Shown here piece by piece: positions 61,475 through 64,000 of a DNA stretch of 64,000 nucleotides. Below the pieces are notes generated by a model that was not told where the DNA came from, did not search any database, and saw only the letters and a program-made list of their open reading frames with translations. Origin of the DNA: Candidatus Omnitrophota bacterium (GTDB lineage Bacteria; Omnitrophota; Gorgyraeia; Gygaellales; Profunditerraquicolaceae); contig JAUSED010000003.1 of NCBI GenBank assembly GCA_030650425.1, positions 199,903 through 263,902 on the forward strand. The letters run 5' to 3'. Each line of letters starts with the position of its first letter. Within the stretch, counting starts at the first letter, position 1. The position numbers and the translations under genes were made by a program.

Positions 61475-64000
61475 TGGATAAAAAAAGGTTATATCTGATC
61501 GACGCGACAGCTTTTTGCTATCGGGCATTTTATGCTGTTAGAGGCCTAGCCACATCTTTTGGCCAGCCCACAGGAGCTATCTACGGGTTTATCAATATCT
61601 TAAATAAGATATTGAAGGAAAAGAAACCTGATTATCTGGCTGCTTGTTTTGATGTCTCGCGGGATACCTTTCGGATGAAAAAATTCGCGGAATATAAAAT
61701 TCAGCGTCCGCCTATGCCTGACGATCTCTCATCGCAAATTCCTTTGATCAAGGAGATCATCTCAAATTACGGGATTAAGATTTTAGAAAAGGCCGGTTTT
61801 GAAGCGGATGATGTCATCGCTACTTTAGCTAAAAGCGCGCTTGCTCAAGGCCTGCATACGGTTGTGGTTACTTCTGACAAGGATTTGTTGCAATTGGTGA
61901 ATAAAGATACGCAGATTTTTAGCCCTTATAAAGATGAGGGAGTGACTTATGACGAAAAAATTGTAGGCGAGCGTTTTGGGATCGGCCCCAAGCAGATCGC
62001 CGACCTGATCAGCCTGATGGGCGATAGCGTGGATAATATTCCCGGAATTCCCGGAATCGGCGAGAAAACCGCTTCGAGTTTGATTAAGGAATTCGGTTCG
62101 TTGGATAATTTATTGGCTCATACCGATAAAATCAGTAAAGATAAACTAAGGCAGTCTGTGCAAGAGAATATTAAGCAGATAAAATTGAATAAAGAATTGG
62201 CAGAACTGTGCGAGGATGTTGATTTAGGGGGGGTTACGCCGGAAGATCTAAAGATAGGAGAACCTAACCTTAAGGAGCTTAGCCGGTTATTCAAACATCT
62301 GGAATTTAAGAAATTCTTGAAAGAAATTACTTTAGAGGGTGATGCGCATGTGGATTCGGCGGTAGAGGATTGGGGGCAAAAGGTTTTAGAGAAGTTTATT
62401 CAGGCTAAGCAAGAATTATTTCTGAGCGGGGAAGGGACGGATAACTTAATCTTTTCTTGCGATGGAAAATTCTTACGTTTGGATAAGAGTGATCCCGAAT
62501 TAAAGAAGATTTTAGCTGATCCGAAAATAAAAAAAGTTAGCCACGACCTTAAGAAAATAAAAGTCGCTTTGGCTAAGGAAGGTTTTATTTTGGAAGGTTT
62601 ATATTTCGATACGATGATTGCCGCTTACCTATTGAATCCATCTCAAAGTAATTATGGTTTGGAGGCTATTGCCTTAGATCATTTGGATAAGTTCTCGTCC
62701 CGGGAAAAACTGATTTCTGCCCAAGAGGCCTTAAACCTGATCAAAGATTTAAAGCCAAAATTAGAGGATGAGCTTAAGGATAAAAAACTGGATAAGCTTT
62801 TCTATGATACTGAAATGCCGCTGGTAGAGGTTTTGGCGGGGATGGAAAGCTTGGGGATAAAACTTGACTTGAAACTCTTAGAGTCGCTTTCCAAAGAATT
62901 AGAAAAAAAGTTGGCTAAGCTGACCAAGGATATTTATGCAACCAGCGGCGCTGAATTTAATATCAATTCACCCAAGCAGTTAAGGGTAGTTTTGTTCGAC
63001 CAGCTCAAGCTCCCGGTAATTAAGAAGACAAAGACCGGGCCATCGACGGATGAAGATGTCTTAAAGAAATTAGCGGATAAACATAAACTTCCCGCCCTAT
63101 TGCTTGAATACCGCCTGCTTAATAAGTTAAAGACTACTTATATTGATGTCCTGCCTGAATTGGCAGACCCTGCAACCGGGAGGATCCATACTTCTTTTAA
63201 TCAGACAGGCACGGAGACCGGGCGTTTAAGCTCGAGTAACCCCAATCTGCAGAACATACCGATTAAGACCGGTATAGGCGCTGAGATTCGTAAGGCGATC
63301 ATAGCAGGAGGAAAAGAAAATTATCTTATTTCCTGCGATTATTCGCAGGTAGATTTGAGAATATTGGCGCATCTAAGCCAAGACGAACAGTTGATCCACG
63401 CTTTTAAGAAAGGAATGGATATCCATAAAGCCACCGCTGCTCTAATTTATGGAGTAAAAGAAAGTGAAGTCGACGATCAGATGCGTGACAGGGCAAAGAG
63501 GGTAAATTTTGGGATCGTCTATGGCCTTACTGCTTATGGGCTTTCTAGGGACTTGGGGGTAGCTTTGGATGAAGCGCAAAGTTTTATCGACGCTTATTTC
63601 TCCCGTTATCCGGGAGTAAAGGAATATATCGATAAACAAATCAAGCTTTGTCAAAAAGAAGGTTTTGTCACGACCATCTTGGCCAGAAGGAGATATATCC
63701 CAGAGATTAATAGTAAGAATCAGGCGATCAGGCAGTTTGCCGAGAGGCAGGCAGTGAATACTCCTATTCAAGGCTCAGCCTCGGATTTAATTAAGCTGGC
63801 GATGATTGACATCGATAGGGAGATTAAGAAAAAAGGACTGAAATCGAGGATGGTTTTACAGATTCACGACGAACTCTTGTTCGATTTACCTAAGGGTGAA
63901 TTGCATGCCTTGGTGAATCTGGCGCGGGAGAGGATGGAGAATGTTCTAAAGCTGGATGTGCCGATTAGGGTGGATATCAAAAAGGGCCATAACTGGCTGG
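61475..64000 (+). CDS. polA: DNA polymerase I, 5' 842 codons (continues past window end; absent from ORF track because there is no stop)
   Basis: MDKKRLYLIDATAFCYRAFYA (5'-3' exo); DNIPGIPGIGEKTA; DYSQVDLRILAHLS (motif A); QIHDELLFD (motif C). Confidence 0.9.

Noticed and set aside
63442-63771. 109-aa minus-strand ORF near window end
   Set aside because: Antisense to the polA polymerase-domain coding sequence (DYSQVDLRILAHLS…QIHDELLFD are on the + strand).

Overview
This 64-kb window is bacterial chromosome with a Gram-negative-type envelope and an anaerobic lifestyle. Every credible gene except one remnant is on the + strand.

(1) 1-15.8 kb is a lipopolysaccharide supercluster. It holds a partial lpxK and an LpxL-like acyltransferase fused to an ELM1/DUF1022-like domain. 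It also holds a GT4-GT9 fusion, GT4, a CE4 deacetylase, GT9 and a tandem GT9-GT9. A deoxyhypusine-synthase-like gene sits inside it, followed by the heptose-7-P kinase, kdsB-kdsA-kdsD-kdsC, an LptC/A-like gene and lptB.

(2) 15.8-43.6 kb is housekeeping: tig (lacking the PPIase domain), clpP, serC-like/serA and purA; then a GH57 branching enzyme and uppS-cdsA-dxr-rseP-ispG; then proS (no INS domain), rimP-nusA-infB, trpS, scpA, ruvB, queH, a spoIID-like gene and queA.

(3) 43.6-49.5 kb is a visibly AT-rich accessory island that splits the conserved queA-tgt pair. It contains:
- a small TM protein
- a Cys-rich HNH-like protein followed by a DUF3592-like membrane protein
- an (AATTCCG)n-like tandem array
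- a complete group II intron (45909-47793) encoding an RT/maturase, with recognisable GUGCG 5' end and domain V
- a second, intron-less paralog of the intron's ~40-nt homing site
- a 5'-truncated ORF6N gene remnant on the - strand
- three TCACA-N3-TGTGA palindromes
- a 19-bp direct duplication of the tgt start codon region flanking a 1.1-kb segment with two small secreted/membrane ORFs

(4) 49.5-54.9 kb carries tgt-trmD-rplS-rnhB-yraN, then an FTCD_C-type cyclohydrolase-like gene and folD-metF.

(5) 54.9-60.8 kb carries cooS, a cooF-like ferredoxin, an FAD/NAD oxidoreductase and acsB (Wood-Ljungdahl carbonyl branch). A TPR protein with a clear sigma70-like promoter follows, and then the 5' 2.5 kb of polA, which runs off the window.

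No rRNA, tRNA or CRISPR was found. The most novel-looking content is the intron-bearing island, with its candidate HNH-like + DUF3592 two-gene module and its repeat architecture, and the DHS-like gene plus glycosyltransferase fusions inside the LPS core cluster.
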